Below, piece after piece: positions 61,901 to 64,000 of a stretch of DNA of 64,000 nt. The position numbers and the translations under genes were made by a program. The notes beneath the pieces are model-generated. The model was not told where the DNA came from. It worked only from the letters and a program-made list of their open reading frames with translations, and ran no database searches. How positions within the stretch are numbered: position 1 is the stretch's first letter; each line of letters starts with the position of its first letter. Origin of the DNA: Hypanus sabinus (lineage: Eukaryota); the NCBI RefSeq assembly GCF_030144855.1, contig NC_082727.1, forward strand, positions 36,952,001 to 37,016,000, given 5' to 3'.

Positions 61901-63009
61901 TTAAATCTGGGAAGAAGGAAAGCTGAAAGTATGGAATTACAACAAACTCATCCAAATGAAAAGTCCTGACAAGTTTTCACATCAGATTGTTTAATGCATT
62001 ATCCTATGAACATAATTGGGAATTAAAGTAGAGTCTGTGCCTGACTCGACCAAATGAAAGGATTGAGCAAATACACATTCTTTGCAGTGTGGGTTCAACC
62101 TGCTGGGACAGCTGGAAGATTGGAGGTATGTAGGATTGTAAGCAAGTTTGTGTGAAGAACACCAAAGTAGTGAAATTTCAGAGGGTGTCAAGAATAGAGA
62201 TGCAATTGAAGTTTACAATCACAGGCTGTGGATTTAATGTATTTCCAGGTTTTCATTTGGAATGACAAATAATGTCAGCAGAAGTAAAATATGGATAACA
62301 TAAGGGCAATGCATTTCTCTGACCTGACCAGGTTCAGATAATGATGTTCACCTATCATTCCCGTAACTGAACAGTGCAAATGTGACCATGTTTCCCCTTC
62401 AGCATTCTTTTGAAGACCCTGACCTGGAGCTACACGCTGACTTTGGTCCTTTGTGGGACTGGAACCCGCTCTCGGGATTTCATAGCTGTCTTGTTGTTCG
62501 GTATCAGAGGTTGTGTGCCCAGAGACCCGAGATCTTTGAGATCTTCTGGCACAGAGCTCAAAAAAAGCTACGAAACGGACTTTTGACGTTGTAAACCAGC
62601 GAGTTGTTTGTTATATCACCCTGCTCACTGAGAAAATGGAGACACCTCCTTCTCCATTAATAGGGAGAGAGAGAAAACCTGTGGTATGTCATACACCGGG
62701 TGAAACGCGAAGTCTATGGGATAACTCCAAGTCTGTGACTTTGCTATTACTTTGCTAACACTTGAGTGCTCGGCGAGTGCCGATGCTTTTATTTTGCTGG
62801 TGGGGGGGAGGGGTGACTGTTACTTGCTGCTGCTTATGTGCAGGAGGGAGGAGAGCTGGGGGGGTGGACTTAGGGGTTCTAACATTTAACTGTCGTCCAT
62901 CCTTTGGGGCACACCTCTGTTTTCGTGGATGGTTGCAAAGAATAAGTATTTCAGGATGTATATTGTATACATTTCTCTGACATTAAATTGGACCTTTGAA
63001 GATGTGAAC

Positions 63010-63660
63010 CTTTGAAATTCCTTGCAAGTGGTGCTACAGGCAGATAGAATTATAAGGAAAGCTTTTGGCACAATTACCTTCATAAGTCAATGTATTGAGT
63101 ACAGAAGCTGGGATGTTATTTGAGGGTGTGTGACATTTTGGTGAGGCCCAATTTGGAGTATTGGTGACCAACCTACAGGAAAGATGACAATAAAAATGAA
63201 AGAGAGCTGAGAAAGTTGACAAGGATGTTGCAGGACTCCTGGACCTGAGTTATGGGGAAAGGTTGAATAGCCTGGGACTTTATCTCCTACATCGTAAAAG
63301 ACTGAGGGGAATTTTGATAGAGGTATACAAAATTATGAGGGGTATAGATAGGGTAAATGCAAGCAGACATTTCCACTGAGGTTGGGTAAGTCTACAAATA
63401 GAAATCATGGGTTAAGGGTGAAAGGTGAAAGGGAACATGAGGGGGAATTTCTTCATTCAGATGTTGGAGAGAGTGTGGATTGAGCTACTGGTGTAATTGG
63501 TGGATGTGGGGTCAGTTTCAACACTTAAGAGAAATTTGGGAGGGGTCAGTCAGCTATAGTCCAGTTGCAGGTTGATGGGACTACGCAGATTAATGGTTCA
63601 GCATAGACTAGATGGGTCAAAGGACATGTTTCTGTGCTGTAGTGTTCTATGACTCTATCC
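63010..63660 (+). mobile_element. CR1 LINE 3' fragment
   Basis: Homologous to the other CR1 3' ends (tgatagaggtatacaaaattatgagggg); ttctatgactctat tail. Confidence 0.7.
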
Positions 63661-64000
63661 TTCAGTAACTGGTTCACACCAGATCAAACTCCTTGTGCCA
63701 TAAATTCATATAGATTGTTGTGAATTCTCTGAACTTTCAGAGACAGTACCTTTAGGTTTGTTACACTTTGTTCTGCTATAAACTCCTTTGCTGCTGGATG
63801 ATTTGTTCTTCACTCACCTGAAACAGAAGTCCTCTAGTTTTGACCACTTCCACCATGGCTGTCCACTCATTATCTACCTATCTATGCCTTTCATAATTTT
63901 ATGCACCTCTGTCAAGTTGCTTCTCGTCCTCCAGCACTCCAAAGAGAAAAGTCCTCATCTGTCTCAACTTTCCTTGTTCCCCACAGACCCAATGCACAGA

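Noticed and set aside
1-64000. CRISPR arrays, prokaryotic defence systems, rRNA or tRNA genes
   Set aside because: The sequence is eukaryotic; no regularly spaced repeat-spacer array or intact structural RNA was seen, and tRNA-like heads belong to SINEs.

Overview
Vertebrate genomic DNA, probably a cartilaginous fish such as a ray (inferred from the mix of CR1, Penelope, Rex1 and Gypsy repeats). It contains a tandem cluster of interferon-induced IFIT (tetratricopeptide repeat) genes, all on the + strand. Three are intact (IFIT-A 2751-5825, IFIT-B 27311-30390, IFIT-C 41580-45139). One is full length but carries a single nonsense codon (IFIT-D 52022-61686, Q113*), and one is a decayed pseudogene (19695-20122). 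The four full-length loci have the classic IFIT layout: a first exon that codes only ATGAG, then one large exon. IRF/ISRE, GAS or ETS-IRF motifs lie upstream. Bases ~1-20.1 kb and ~24.5-44.8 kb are two copies of a ~24 kb tandem segmental duplication, each holding two IFIT loci, with copy-specific insertions and deletions. Most of the rest is transposable element debris, including three Gypsy LTR families. Main observations: (1) a 156-bp coding block is almost identical across four otherwise diverged IFIT paralogues, which suggests a gene-conversion hotspot, and the IFIT-D stop codon lies inside it; (2) a Gypsy element in the IFIT-D intron has no tRNA primer-binding site but has a perfect 16-nt inverted repeat that pairs the PBS position with the LTR poly(A) signal, suggesting self-priming and/or 5' poly(A) occlusion; (3) IFIT-A has lost predicted RNA-binding residues; (4) one 373-bp deletion removed the core promoter motifs and exon 1 of the pseudogene. 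All alignments and counts were done by eye.
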